Below, in pieces: positions 19,822-28,845 of a stretch of 64,000 bases of DNA; position 1 is the stretch's first letter, and every line of letters starts with the position of its first letter. The notes beneath the pieces are model-generated. The model was given only the letters and a program-made list of their open reading frames with translations. It did no database searches and was not told the DNA's origin. The position numbers were made by a program, and so were the translations under genes. The stretch comes from an uncultured Chloroflexia bacterium (GTDB taxonomy: Bacteria; Chloroflexota; Anaerolineae; JAAEKA01): contig CAVPXC010000010.1 in assembly GCA_963709505.1 (NCBI GenBank), positions 1 through 64,000 of the forward strand. The letters are read 5' to 3'.

Positions 19822-21741
19822 TTAGGAGCCAGTCGCCAGGGTATCGATCTTACCGGCGGCGATATCCTTGGCGATCTGATCGAGCTCGGTCTTGAGCTCG
19901 GCTGGCACCTTGCTGTCGAAGGTGTGGAACGGCGCCAGGCCGACGCCGCCATTGGCGAAGGTGCCCATGTAGTCGTCGCCCAGAGTCAGGGTGCCGTCCT
20001 GCAGCGCCTGGATGGTGTCGTAGACAGCCTTGTCCATGTTCTTCAAGATGGAGGTTAGCCAGGTATCGGCGAAATCAGGCGCTAAGACGAACTGGTCGCC
20101 GTCCACGCCGATCATCATCAGGCCGCGCTCCTTGGCAGCTGCTGCGCTGCCCAGGCCGACCGGGCCGGCCACCGGCATGATCACGTCGCAGCCCTCGTCG
20201 AACAAGTTCTCGGCGAAGCGGCGACCATCGTCCGTCGACTCGAAGTTGCCGGTGAACATGCCGTCGTTGGTGGCGTTGTCCCAGCCGAGCACCTTGACCT
20301 CAGCGCTCTTCTGGGTGTTGTAGTAGTCGACGCCGTTCTGGAAGCCGACCATGAAGACGGTCACCGGCGGGATGTTGATGCCGCCAAAGGTGCAGACCGT
20401 GCCGGTCTCGCTCATGCCCGCTGCCAAATAGCCGGCCAGGAACGAAGGCTGGCTGGTGTCGAACTGCAAGCCCTTGACGTTCGGAGCGCTACTGGCCGAG
20501 TCGATGATCGCAAACTTGGCGTCCGGGTTGGCCTCAGCCGCCGCCTTGGTCGCATCCGCCAACAGGAAGCCGACCGTGACGATCAGGTCCTTCTTCTGCG
20601 AGAGGAATTCGTTGATGTTCTTCTCGTAGTCGGTCTGCTGTTGGCTCTCCAGATAGACCCCGTCGACGCCCAGGTCTTTCATGGCGTCCTCGACACCCTT
20701 CCACGCCGTCGCGTTGAAGGACTTGTCGTCGATGCCGCCCGTGTCCGTCACCTGCCCGATCATCAACTGCGGTCCGGCGGCTTTGACTTCACCCGTCATC
20801 GTGTTAACCTTACCGGCGGCGATATCCTTGGCGATCTGATCGAGCTCGGTCTTGAGCTCGGCTGGCACCTTGCTGTCGAAGGTGTGGAACGGCGCCAGGC
20901 CGACGCCGCCATTGGCGAAGGTGCCCATGTAGTCGTCGCCCAGAGTCAGGGTGCCGTCCTGCAGCGCCTGGATGGTGTCGTAGACAGCCTTGTCCATGTT
21001 CTTCAAGATGGAGGTTAGCCAGGTATCGGCGAAATCAGGCGCTAAGACGAACTGGTCGCCGTCCACGCCGATCATCATCAGGCCGCGCTCCTTGGCAGCT
21101 GCTGCGCTGCCCAGGCCGACCGGGCCGGCCACCGGCATGATCACGTCGCAGCCCTCGTCGAACAAGTTCTCGGCGAAGCGGCGACCATCGTCCGTCGACT
21201 CGAAGTTGCCGGTGAACATGCCGTCGTTGGTGGCGTTGTCCCAGCCGAGCACCTTGACCTCAGCGCTCTTCTGGGTGTTGTAGTAGTCGACGCCGTTCTG
21301 GAAGCCGACCATGAAGACGGTCACCGGCGGGATGTTGATGCCGCCAAAGGTGCAGACCGTGCCGGTCTCGCTCATGCCCGCTGCCAAATAGCCGGCCAGG
21401 AACGAAGGCTGGCTGGTGTCGAACTGCAAGCCCTTGACGTTCGGAGCGCTACTGGCCGAGTCGATGATCGCAAACTTGGCGTCCGGGTTGGCCTCAGCCG
21501 CCGCCTGGGTCGCATCCGCCAACAGGAAGCCGACCGTGACGATCAGGTCCTTCTTCTGCGAGAGAAATTCGTTGATGTTCTTCTCGTAGTCGGTCTGCTG
21601 TTGGCTCTCCAGATAGACCCCGTTGACGCCCAGGTCTTTCATGGCGTCCTCGACACCCTTCCACGCCGTCGCGTTGAAGGACTTGTCGTCGATGCCGCCC
21701 GTGTCCGTCACCTGCCCGATTGCCAACTTGGCCGCTTTGGT
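19822..21741. repeat. 960-bp direct tandem duplication (2 copies, ~3 mismatches)
   Basis: Segments 19822-20781 and 20782-21741 are identical except at ~3 positions. The track ORFs 20030-20323 and 20990-21283 are identical. Confidence 0.85.
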
Positions 21742-21948
21742 CGGTTCAGTGGCTTTGGTCGGCTCAGGAGCCTTGGTCGGTTCGGGAGCCTTGGTCGGCT
21801 CAGGGGCTTTAGTCGGCTCGGGAGCCTTTGTTGGTTCTACCGCGGCCGCAGGGACCTCGGTGGGTGTCGCTTCTTGTGACGGACAAGCCGCCAGGACCAT
21901 AGCAGCGACGACGAGAACGGCCAGTAGTAAGTACAGGCGCTTTTGCAT
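19822..21948 (-). CDS. BMP-family (PnrA/Med-like) ABC substrate-binding lipoprotein with two tandem near-identical BMP domains
   Basis: Signal/lipobox (LAACPS), (PTKAPE)n linker from 18-bp tandem repeats at ~21725-21830, then two BMP domains encoded by a 960-bp direct duplication. Confidence 0.8.
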   Translation of the reverse strand: MQKRLYLLLAVLVVAAMVLAACPSQEATPTEVPAAAVEPTKAPEPTKAPEPTKAPEPTKAPEPTKATEPTKAAKLAIGQVTDTGGIDDKSFNATAWKGVEDAMKDLGVNGVYLESQQQTDYEKNINEFLSQKKDLIVTVGFLLADATQAAAEANPDAKFAIIDSASSAPNVKGLQFDTSQPSFLAGYLAAGMSETGTVCTFGGINIPPVTVFMVGFQNGVDYYNTQKSAEVKVLGWDNATNDGMFTGNFESTDDGRRFAENLFDEGCDVIMPVAGPVGLGSAAAAKERGLMMIGVDGDQFVLAPDFADTWLTSILKNMDKAVYDTIQALQDGTLTLGDDYMGTFANGGVGLAPFHTFDSKVPAELKTELDQIAKDIAAGKVNTMTGEVKAAGPQLMIGQVTDTGGIDDKSFNATAWKGVEDAMKDLGVDGVYLESQQQTDYEKNINEFLSQKKDLIVTVGFLLADATKAAAEANPDAKFAIIDSASSAPNVKGLQFDTSQPSFLAGYLAAGMSETGTVCTFGGINIPPVTVFMVGFQNGVDYYNTQKSAEVKVLGWDNATNDGMFTGNFESTDDGRRFAENLFDEGCDVIMPVAGPVGLGSAAAAKERGLMMIGVDGDQFVLAPDFADTWLTSILKNMDKAVYDTIQALQDGTLTLGDDYMGTFANGGVGLAPFHTFDSKVPAELKTELDQIAKDIAAGKIDTLATGS

Positions 21949-22322
21949 AGGTGATTCTCCTCCTATTGGGAATCCAAAAAACAGATGGTTAGATGGTCAA
22001 AGATGTGGGACTGCACGCCAACGCAGACCGGCCCAGGGAAACCAGGGGAAAGGGATGTTTGTCCGAGATGGGAGAGATTGGTTCAGGAGCCGGTCATAGG
22101 CAGCGTGTCCGTCCGATCTAAGTGACAGACAGAGAGCTAGCTCGCTTCGTTGCGATCACCTCCTTATGCCGGGTGAGGAGTTCAAAGATGCAGGATAGGG
22201 TTTTATCCTGCACGAGGTAGTTGATTAGTGACAGAAGCCATTATAGCGCATGTGTTACGGGTAGGCAAGCGAACGACAGCTTTGCCTTCAAAAAAACACT
22301 CGGTGTGATGTTATAATAGTCG

Positions 22323-24357
22323 TCATGGCGCCATAGGTTCGGTAAGTGGCAGGTTTGTCAAGAGACAGTCGCCAGGCAGAGGCGCCTCCTCAGCCGTCAT
22401 TTCACCTGTCACCGGGTCAACTCCGGTCACCAATGTGCCTTGTGCCAGCCTGGCTTCGATTTCCTCCAGTGTGGCCTTGACATCGTCCGGGACCTGAGCC
22501 TCGGTATCGTGAAATGGGGCCAAGCCAATGCCGTTGTTTGCGACCTCATACATTGCCGTGCCATTCGTGAACGAGCCGCCTACCAGGCTTTTGATCGCGT
22601 CATACACGGCCTCGTCGGCGCGTTTCACCGCGCTGCTGAGCAGGTTCTTGGCGCCCTCTGTTCGACCCCGGTCGAAAGCCGTTACATATTGATCCAGATC
22701 TGCACCAATGGCCCAAACACCCTCTTGAGCTGCGCCTTGGATCGCGCTCACACTGGACGGGCCGCCGATGCCGGTCACCACGTCCGCGCCCCTTTCTGTT
22801 AGGCCTAGTGCGGATGCCCTGCCTTCCATTTCGCTAGCCATAGAATTGACATAAAAGAAAACGACGTTGCACTTTGGGCAAATACAGGTCACTCCAGTTT
22901 TGTAGCCAGAACGAAACGGTCTGAAAGCAGGATCTCCCTTGGTGGAGACGAGTCCGACGATCCTGCTCTTGACTCATCGAACCGGCCAGCACTCCGGCGA
23001 GAAAGCCCGCCTGATCCTCACGAAAGGCCAGTCCCTTCAGATTGGCTGGATAGGTCTCGTAGACGTGGTCAACGATGACGAACCGGGTGGCTGGGTGTTT
23101 CTCTGCAGCCGCCAGGGAGGCCTCGCTCATCCCGGGGCCCACAGCAATGACAAGATCAAACCCTTGGCCGGCAAACAGTTCGATGTTTCTTTCGTAGTCA
23201 CTTTGTCGGATCGTCTCGAGGATAGCCGTCTCGACGTTGAAATCGCCGGCGGCGCGCATCATGCCTTCATAGGCTGACTGGTTCAACGTGCCGTCTTCCA
23301 CGGTGCCACCATCGGTCACCAAGCCAATCCGATAGGGGCTGCTCACGCCTCTCCAGTTCTGTAGATCGATGTTCAATGTTAGAGCGGCCTGGCGCACCGG
23401 GTCGAACAGAGTGTCATCAGCCTCGGCAACGCCTTCCCACCCGTACATCGTAGAGAGCGCCTGCTTGCCCTTTGCGCGGGATGCCACGTCCTTCAGTGCC
23501 TTCTTGTAGGCGTCGGCGACCTCAGGCGGCACGTTAGGCCCGGCGACGATGGTGTCGTTAGGGATATCCTCTGTTTTGGCAAGAACCGCCGTCCTCTGGC
23601 TGATATCAGCTAGATCCTTCTCGAGATCGGCACGGATGTCGGCGGCGGTCGCAGCCGCATCCGCTTCACCGCGGTATACCGCAAGCGCTGCGGCAAAATG
23701 CGAGCCAGCGAAGTAACTTCTGCCCAGCTTGACACCGTTTTGCTCCAATAAGGCGACCGGGTAGAGATAGCCCGAGGCGCTGGCCGGATCGGTGAAGGCG
23801 AAGGTCTTGCCGTTCAGGTCGGCCACGGTTTCGATCCCCGAGTCAGCGCCTACAAGGATCTGGCCGTTGTAGAACTGGCTGCCAAAGCGGATCGACGTCA
23901 GCAATAGCTTGGCGTCCGGGCATTTGTCCTTGGCAATGACGTAGCTTAGGGTGGCCAGCCAGACGATATCCGCCTTGCCGGCGCACAAGGCTTCGATTGC
24001 AGTGGCGTAACTACTGGCGACCGAGGTGTCCAGATAGATGCCCTTTGCCTCCATCATCTCGTCCAGCTCACCTGCGCCGGCGAGGATTTTCTCGGTCTCG
24101 GCCGAGGGAACGAGGACCTGGATCAGAGGCATGGCCTCACTGCCTTTGACTGCGCTCGCGGTGGGCTGCTCAACCGGGGCGGCGCTAGGCTCAGTCGGGG
24201 TGACTGTAGGATGCTCGATAGAAAGCGTCGTCGGTTGTTCCTGCGGAACAGGCGGCGCCACAGCCGGCATTGCTTTGCTGCCGCAACCGGACACAACCAC
24301 GGCAACGACAATCAGGGCTGCCAGGAAAGAACAGAAACGCGGGTGCTTAGTCAGATT
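22323..24357 (-). CDS. fused PhnD-like (phosphonate/phosphite-type) and BMP-family substrate-binding lipoprotein, apparent frameshift
   Basis: N-terminal lipoprotein signal (start not resolved, near 24300-24360), a PhnD-like domain, then a BMP N-lobe (RIGLVTDGGTVEDG...). Frame change near 22850-22890 into the BMP C-lobe (22323-22892). Confidence 0.55.
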
Positions 24358-24469
24358 CTTCTCCTTTGGGGAATCCAGGACTTACGCCAAACGGGTCTCG
24401 ATACGGCAGCCTACTCGACCAGCGTTTTGCGTAAGTCCTGGAATCGAAGAGCAGGCAAACAACAGCCCG

Positions 24470-25732
24470 TTAGCGGCGCGCCCGGCGCCGGTGAGGCGGA
24501 TCAGGCGACTCGTCCTCGACCGGCGGGCGGGTGAGTGGATCTGACATGAGAAATTCGGTGCGGGCTTGGAGATCGTCGGGCGACGCGTCTTCGTCACGAG
24601 CGGCAGCGTCCGTCTTGATACCGTATAGCTTGGCCAAGTCGGATCGGACCTCTGTCCACGCATAGCGCTCAGCAGACAAGCGCGCGTTGTTGGCCAGGCT
24701 TTCCGCCAGGAACGGGCGACCTAACACACGCAGCGTGGCTTCAGCTAACGCCACGGCGTCCCCCTCCTGCACCAGGAGGGCATCTACGCCATCGTGCAAT
24801 AGCTCGGGCATAGACCCAACGTTGGTTCCTACTACCACGGTGCCGCTAGCAGCGGCCTCCAGCACACGCTGAGGCAGGTTATCCAGGCTGGCAGTATGCC
24901 AGAACACGCTGGCCTCGCGCAATGTGGCGAGCCAACGCTCGCCTGCGAGCTCTGGGCGGTAGGCGATCGACCTCGCAATGCCAAGCGTATGGGCCTGCGC
25001 CCCGATGGCCTGGGCGAGGGAGCCGCGGCCTATCATCATGAGCCGCGCCTGCGGCAGCGTTTGCAACACCTTGGACAGCGCGACGAGCGCCATGGAGGGA
25101 TTGGCCTCTGGCTCAAGTACGCTTGCCCACAACAACAAGGGCGGCCAGGCGCTGCGGGCCAGGAAGGGGGTGTGTTCGGGAACCAATATGTTGGGCAAGA
25201 CGGCCGGCTCCAGCCCCTCGCGCTGAAAGATTTCTTTGAGGTAGTCTGACGTCACGGCAAAGCCGTGCGCCCGTTTGACCAATGGCCGAACCAGCCGCCA
25301 GCGCCGCGCCATGAAGGTTCTCGCCACGCCGCTCGAGTAGGTAATCACCACCCGGCGGTGGAAGATCCTTCCCAAGAACAGCGCCAGGGTCACCGGCAGA
25401 TAGAACCCCCAGAAGCTAGCGGCCTGAACGTGGACGACGTCAACGCGCGGCAGGGTCGCAAGGAGGCGCCAGATGATTACGGGGATCTGCACCAGCGGTA
25501 GCAGGTGGAGGCCGATCACCGGCAGACGACGGACGGAGGGCACGTCCGTGTTGACCCTCTGCACCCAGGCGCCCTCCTGCTGCAAAAGTTGGCACAACTG
25601 TTCCGTCTGACGGCTCAGATCGCCAGTGCGAGGAGGGAACGGGCCTATGATGCAGACGGGAAATCCGCGAAAGCCTGCGCCAGCACCGTTCAGGGCAAAT
25701 CGGTCGGTCCTTGTCGTCTCCATGATTGGCAT
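24470..25732 (-). CDS. glycosyltransferase family 4 (GT-B)
   Basis: GT4 fold with the C-terminal EX7E-type region. Internal Met (MPIMETT) chosen as start because the upstream track extension has no homology. Confidence 0.65.
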   Translation of the reverse strand: MPIMETTRTDRFALNGAGAGFRGFPVCIIGPFPPRTGDLSRQTEQLCQLLQQEGAWVQRVNTDVPSVRRLPVIGLHLLPLVQIPVIIWRLLATLPRVDVVHVQAASFWGFYLPVTLALFLGRIFHRRVVITYSSGVARTFMARRWRLVRPLVKRAHGFAVTSDYLKEIFQREGLEPAVLPNILVPEHTPFLARSAWPPLLLWASVLEPEANPSMALVALSKVLQTLPQARLMMIGRGSLAQAIGAQAHTLGIARSIAYRPELAGERWLATLREASVFWHTASLDNLPQRVLEAAASGTVVVGTNVGSMPELLHDGVDALLVQEGDAVALAEATLRVLGRPFLAESLANNARLSAERYAWTEVRSDLAKLYGIKTDAAARDEDASPDDLQARTEFLMSDPLTRPPVEDESPDPPHRRRARR

Positions 25733-25913
25733 TGTACCACGGGCCGGTGGGAGTGCCAATCGTGACGTACAAATGGCCGTCGATGAAACGATGTCGATTG
25801 GCCTGCCTGCTGAGTAGGTAGACGCTGCGAGATTATGATATAATAGGGCCGTCATTCGATTGCAATCTGTCGTGACACAGAGGTTATCATCGCTGCTTCG
25901 ACAAGGGACGTCT

Positions 25914-26684
25914 ATGTCGACACTGATCACATTGTGCAACCAAAAAGGGGGCGTGGGCAAGACCACGACCGCAGTCAACCTGGGCGCGGCTCTGGCCGAG
26001 CAGGAACAACGCGTGCTGATGGTCGACCTGGATCCACAGGCGGCCCTCACAGCCTATTGGGGCTTGGAGGCGGAAAGCCCGCAGGTGACGATCTACCAGT
26101 TGCTCTTAAACGACTTGCAGCCGGCGACGGACGCTATTCGTCGCGTACGCCCACGGATCGACGTAATTCCGGCCGATATCGACCTGGCTGCGGCCGAGAT
26201 CGAGCTCTTCAGCGCACTGGGGCGAGAGCGGATCCTGAAGGAGCTGTTGACCAAAGTACAGGACGGCTATGACTACGTGCTGGTCGATTGTCCTCCCAAC
26301 CTGGGGCTGTTGACGGTTAACGCGCTCGTGGCCTGCCACGGCGTCATCATTCCCCTACAGTGCGAATACTTTGCCATGCGGGGCCTGAGCATGTTGTTGG
26401 ACACCTTGCACAAGGTCAAGCGGCGGCTCAACCCGCAATTGGACATCCTTGGTATCCTGCCGACTTTGTACAACAGCCGCACGCGCCACGGCAAGGAAGT
26501 CCTGGCGGAGGTGCAGCGCATGTTCGGCGAGCGCGTTTTCGAAACGAACATCCATAGCAGTATCCGTTTTGCCGAGTCGACCCTGGCCCGGCAACCGATT
26601 CTGGAGTATGCCCCGACGCATCCGGGCGCCCAAGCCTACCGCTCATTAGCGAAGGAGATCCTCGATGACACTAGACCAATCTAG
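25914..26684 (+). CDS. ParA/Soj-family P-loop ATPase (orphan, no parB)
   Basis: Deviant Walker A CNQKGGVGKTTT and full ParA fold. No ParB or parS-like partner in the window. Confidence 0.85.
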   Translation: MSTLITLCNQKGGVGKTTTAVNLGAALAEQEQRVLMVDLDPQAALTAYWGLEAESPQVTIYQLLLNDLQPATDAIRRVRPRIDVIPADIDLAAAEIELFSALGRERILKELLTKVQDGYDYVLVDCPPNLGLLTVNALVACHGVIIPLQCEYFAMRGLSMLLDTLHKVKRRLNPQLDILGILPTLYNSRTRHGKEVLAEVQRMFGERVFETNIHSSIRFAESTLARQPILEYAPTHPGAQAYRSLAKEILDDTRPI

Positions 26685-28194
26685 CACCCCACCAATCAAG
26701 CCGCCGGGACGGGGGCGAGACCTGTTCTTTGGCGATGAACCGGAAGTTATGGACGTCGATGCAGCCAGTACGGCGGCTGACGACGCTGTGCCAGCCCCTG
26801 AAGCGACGATGGAAAATGCCAATGCCGGCGGTGGCACGGCAGTCGTCGAGGAGGCGACAACTGCCGGCGAGACCACCACCGAGGTTACTGCGCTGATCGA
26901 AGAGCCGCAACCTTCGCCGGAGACTCCAGTGACGACGGTGGACGCACTTCCCGTCGTCGAGGCGGAAAGCCAGCCACTCAAGACCACGGCGCCTCCTCCT
27001 CCCCCGCCGCCGGCTCCGGTCGCCAAGCCGTCGAGCAACAACGGGGGATGTCTGCAAAGCTTGGCCGCCATGCTGCTGGGCGCATTGATCGGCGTGGGGT
27101 TGACGCTTGCGATTCTGTTTGCGCTCAACCAGGACCTTCGCTTTGCACCACGCACCACCGTGGAGGATGCGCAGCGCACGATCATAGCCCTGGGCACTGA
27201 CGCGGACGCGTTGAAGACCAACGTGACCGGTCTGCAAGGCGATCTGTCCACCCTCAACGATAGCGCAGGGCAGCTGCAAGACAGCGCCGCAGCGTTGCAG
27301 GATGAAGTGTCCAAGCAAGGCCAGGCGCAGTTGGCCCAGGGAGCAGCGCTGGATCAGTTGTCTGGCGCCGCGAGCGCGATGGGCGCGCAGATCACGGAGC
27401 TGCAAGCCGAGACTCAAGCATTGGCGGGACTTAAGGACCAAGTACAGGAAACGCAGGACCAGGTAGCCGGCCTGGAGACGACCGTTGGCTCAGTTCAAGA
27501 AGTCCTGGGAGTCGTTGCCAGCGAGGTGAGCACACTGACCGTGCGCGTGGACGATCTAGCGCTCAGTGCGCAGCGTTCCGATCGTTTCCTGCTGGGCATG
27601 CGTGACCTGATGGCCCTGGTATACACGGATGCGATCTCTCAGACCGCTGCGATCACCGGCACGCCACCGCTGACGGTGACGACGTTTGTTACAGCCACCG
27701 CTACGCCGACGGCCACCTTCGCCGTTACGCCGACCGCAGCGATCACGGCTACGCCTACAGTCACCGCCGCGGAGGCGATCACAGGCACTTCCGTGGTCAC
27801 GAGCACGGCTACCGTAACTAGCACGCCCACGGTGACGGCGACAGTACCCGTTACCGTTCCCACCGCACCTCCAACGCCCTCCGGCACGGGTAGCATCCAA
27901 GGTTCGGCCTATCTTGACGGCAACCGCGATGGGCGGCGAAATCCCGTGACGGAAGCGGGCCTGGCCAACGTGCGTCTGACGCTGTACGATCGGAACCGGG
28001 TAGAGTTGGCGCGGACTGTGACCGATGCGCGCGGAAACTTCAGCTTTGGCGACCTGCCGCCGGGGATTTACGTGGTAGTAGAGACTGATCCGGCCGGCTA
28101 CGTGTCCACCTCGCCCAACATCTTGACCGTGGTGCTCCGCAGCACCGCCACGGCGAGCGGTATAGACTTTGGGGACTACAAGGCGTCCCAGTAG
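26665..28194 (+). CDS. membrane-anchored coiled-coil protein with C-terminal Cna-B/SdrD-B-like domain; putative ParA partner
   Basis: Overlaps the parA stop by 20 nt. Acidic disordered N-terminus with a GRGRDLFFG motif, poly-Pro stretch, one TM helix, Q/A-rich coiled-coil, T/P-rich linker, C-terminal prealbumin-like B-type domain. Confidence 0.6.
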   Translation: MTLDQSSTPPIKPPGRGRDLFFGDEPEVMDVDAASTAADDAVPAPEATMENANAGGGTAVVEEATTAGETTTEVTALIEEPQPSPETPVTTVDALPVVEAESQPLKTTAPPPPPPPAPVAKPSSNNGGCLQSLAAMLLGALIGVGLTLAILFALNQDLRFAPRTTVEDAQRTIIALGTDADALKTNVTGLQGDLSTLNDSAGQLQDSAAALQDEVSKQGQAQLAQGAALDQLSGAASAMGAQITELQAETQALAGLKDQVQETQDQVAGLETTVGSVQEVLGVVASEVSTLTVRVDDLALSAQRSDRFLLGMRDLMALVYTDAISQTAAITGTPPLTVTTFVTATATPTATFAVTPTAAITATPTVTAAEAITGTSVVTSTATVTSTPTVTATVPVTVPTAPPTPSGTGSIQGSAYLDGNRDGRRNPVTEAGLANVRLTLYDRNRVELARTVTDARGNFSFGDLPPGIYVVVETDPAGYVSTSPNILTVVLRSTATASGIDFGDYKASQ

Positions 28195-28245
28195 AGATCG
28201 AGCGAGCGCGGCGAATCAGTCCGCGCAGGGCTCCGATGTCGCAGC

Positions 28246-28362
28246 TCAGAAGTAAGTGGCAAGTGGCAGGTGGCAGGTTGCAAGTTACAGGCTGCAAGTC
28301 TTCTGCAACCTGCCACTTGCCACTTGCCACTTGTCACCTGCCACCTGCCACCTGCCACTAAT
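28246..28362. repeat. hexamer-based palindromic repeat block (AGTGGC/AGGTGGC units, inverted halves)
   Basis: Read directly; related blocks at 39497-39580 and 50886-51000. Confidence 0.75.
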
Positions 28363-28418
28363 ACCCCTGCGAAGGCGAGTAATTGATACCAACCTCGCCA
28401 TCTGAAAGTTTGGTTGCA

Positions 28419-28447
28419 TTTGACAGGTAGATGCTTCTGTGTTACCA
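28419..28447 (+). promoter_or_regulatory. candidate promoter TTGACA-17-TACCAT for the aro leader transcript
   Basis: Consensus -35, 17-nt spacer, 4/6 -10, ~30 nt upstream of the leader RBS AAGGAAG. Confidence 0.4.
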
Positions 28448-28476
28448 TTCACACGCTGTCAAAGGAAGTGGTGGCA

Positions 28477-28653
28477 ATGAGCACCGACCCTATGAATCAT
28501 TACTCACTTTCAACACTTGCATCGGCCCCCGCCGAGAGCGTTCGCTTTGGCTTGCATCCGCGCCTGACTGAGTCCTGGCGCGGTTTCTATTTTTATTACT
28601 CTTTTGCGGGCCAACACGTCGCGCTCCACGCCTGGGCTGAGGTGGCACTTTGA
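28477..28653 (+). CDS. aromatic-amino-acid attenuator leader peptide (58 aa, contains W-R-G-F-Y-F-Y-Y-S-F)
   Basis: Strong RBS, aromatic codon cluster at ~28576-28605, stop at 28651. Followed by alternative antiterminator (28621-28631 pairs with 28685-28695) and terminator structures, and then the aro/phe operon. Confidence 0.6.
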   Translation: MSTDPMNHYSLSTLASAPAESVRFGLHPRLTESWRGFYFYYSFAGQHVALHAWAEVAL

Positions 28654-28683
28654 CGACCTAGACCACCCAACCGTGTCCGATAA

Positions 28684-28712
28684 AGCGTGGAGCGCATAGC
28701 CCACGCTTTTTT
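28684..28712 (+). terminator. attenuator terminator hairpin with a T6 run
   Basis: AGCGTGG-AGCGCATAG-CCACGCT followed by TTTTTTGTT; its 5' arm is complementary over 11 bp to 28621-28631. Confidence 0.65.
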
Positions 28713-28724
28713 GTTGCTGAAAGG

Positions 28725-28830
28725 TGATCGGTAATCAGTATTCGGTGATCGGTAATCAGGGTTGGCAGTTGCTGTTTACTACTCGTCAAATTCGAAATCA
28801 CCGATCACCGATCACCGATCACCGATCACA
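28725..28830. repeat. GATCACC/GGTAATCA tandem repeat block with inverted halves
   Basis: ggtgatcggtaatcag x2 ... atcaccgatcaccgatcaccgatcaccgatcac. Confidence 0.7.
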
Positions 28831-28845
28831 ATTCCCGGAGATTCT

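Noticed and set aside
19822-21741. 960-bp direct repeat as an IS element or transposon
   Set aside because: Both copies are in-frame coding sequence of the same BMP domain with no terminal inverted repeats or transposase. This is a tandem gene-segment duplication (or an assembly artefact).
25914-28194. ParA plus downstream protein as a BY-kinase / chain-length-determinant (CapB/CapA-like) pair
   Set aside because: Walker A is the ParA-type KGGVGKTT, and there is no C-terminal tyrosine cluster. The partner has a single TM helix, not the two-TM PCP topology.
28190-28360. Possible CRISPR array (regular short repeats)
   Set aside because: Units are 6-7 nt simple repeats arranged as inverted halves without unique spacers; no cas genes. 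The same applies to the CAATTG and GTGGAG arrays.
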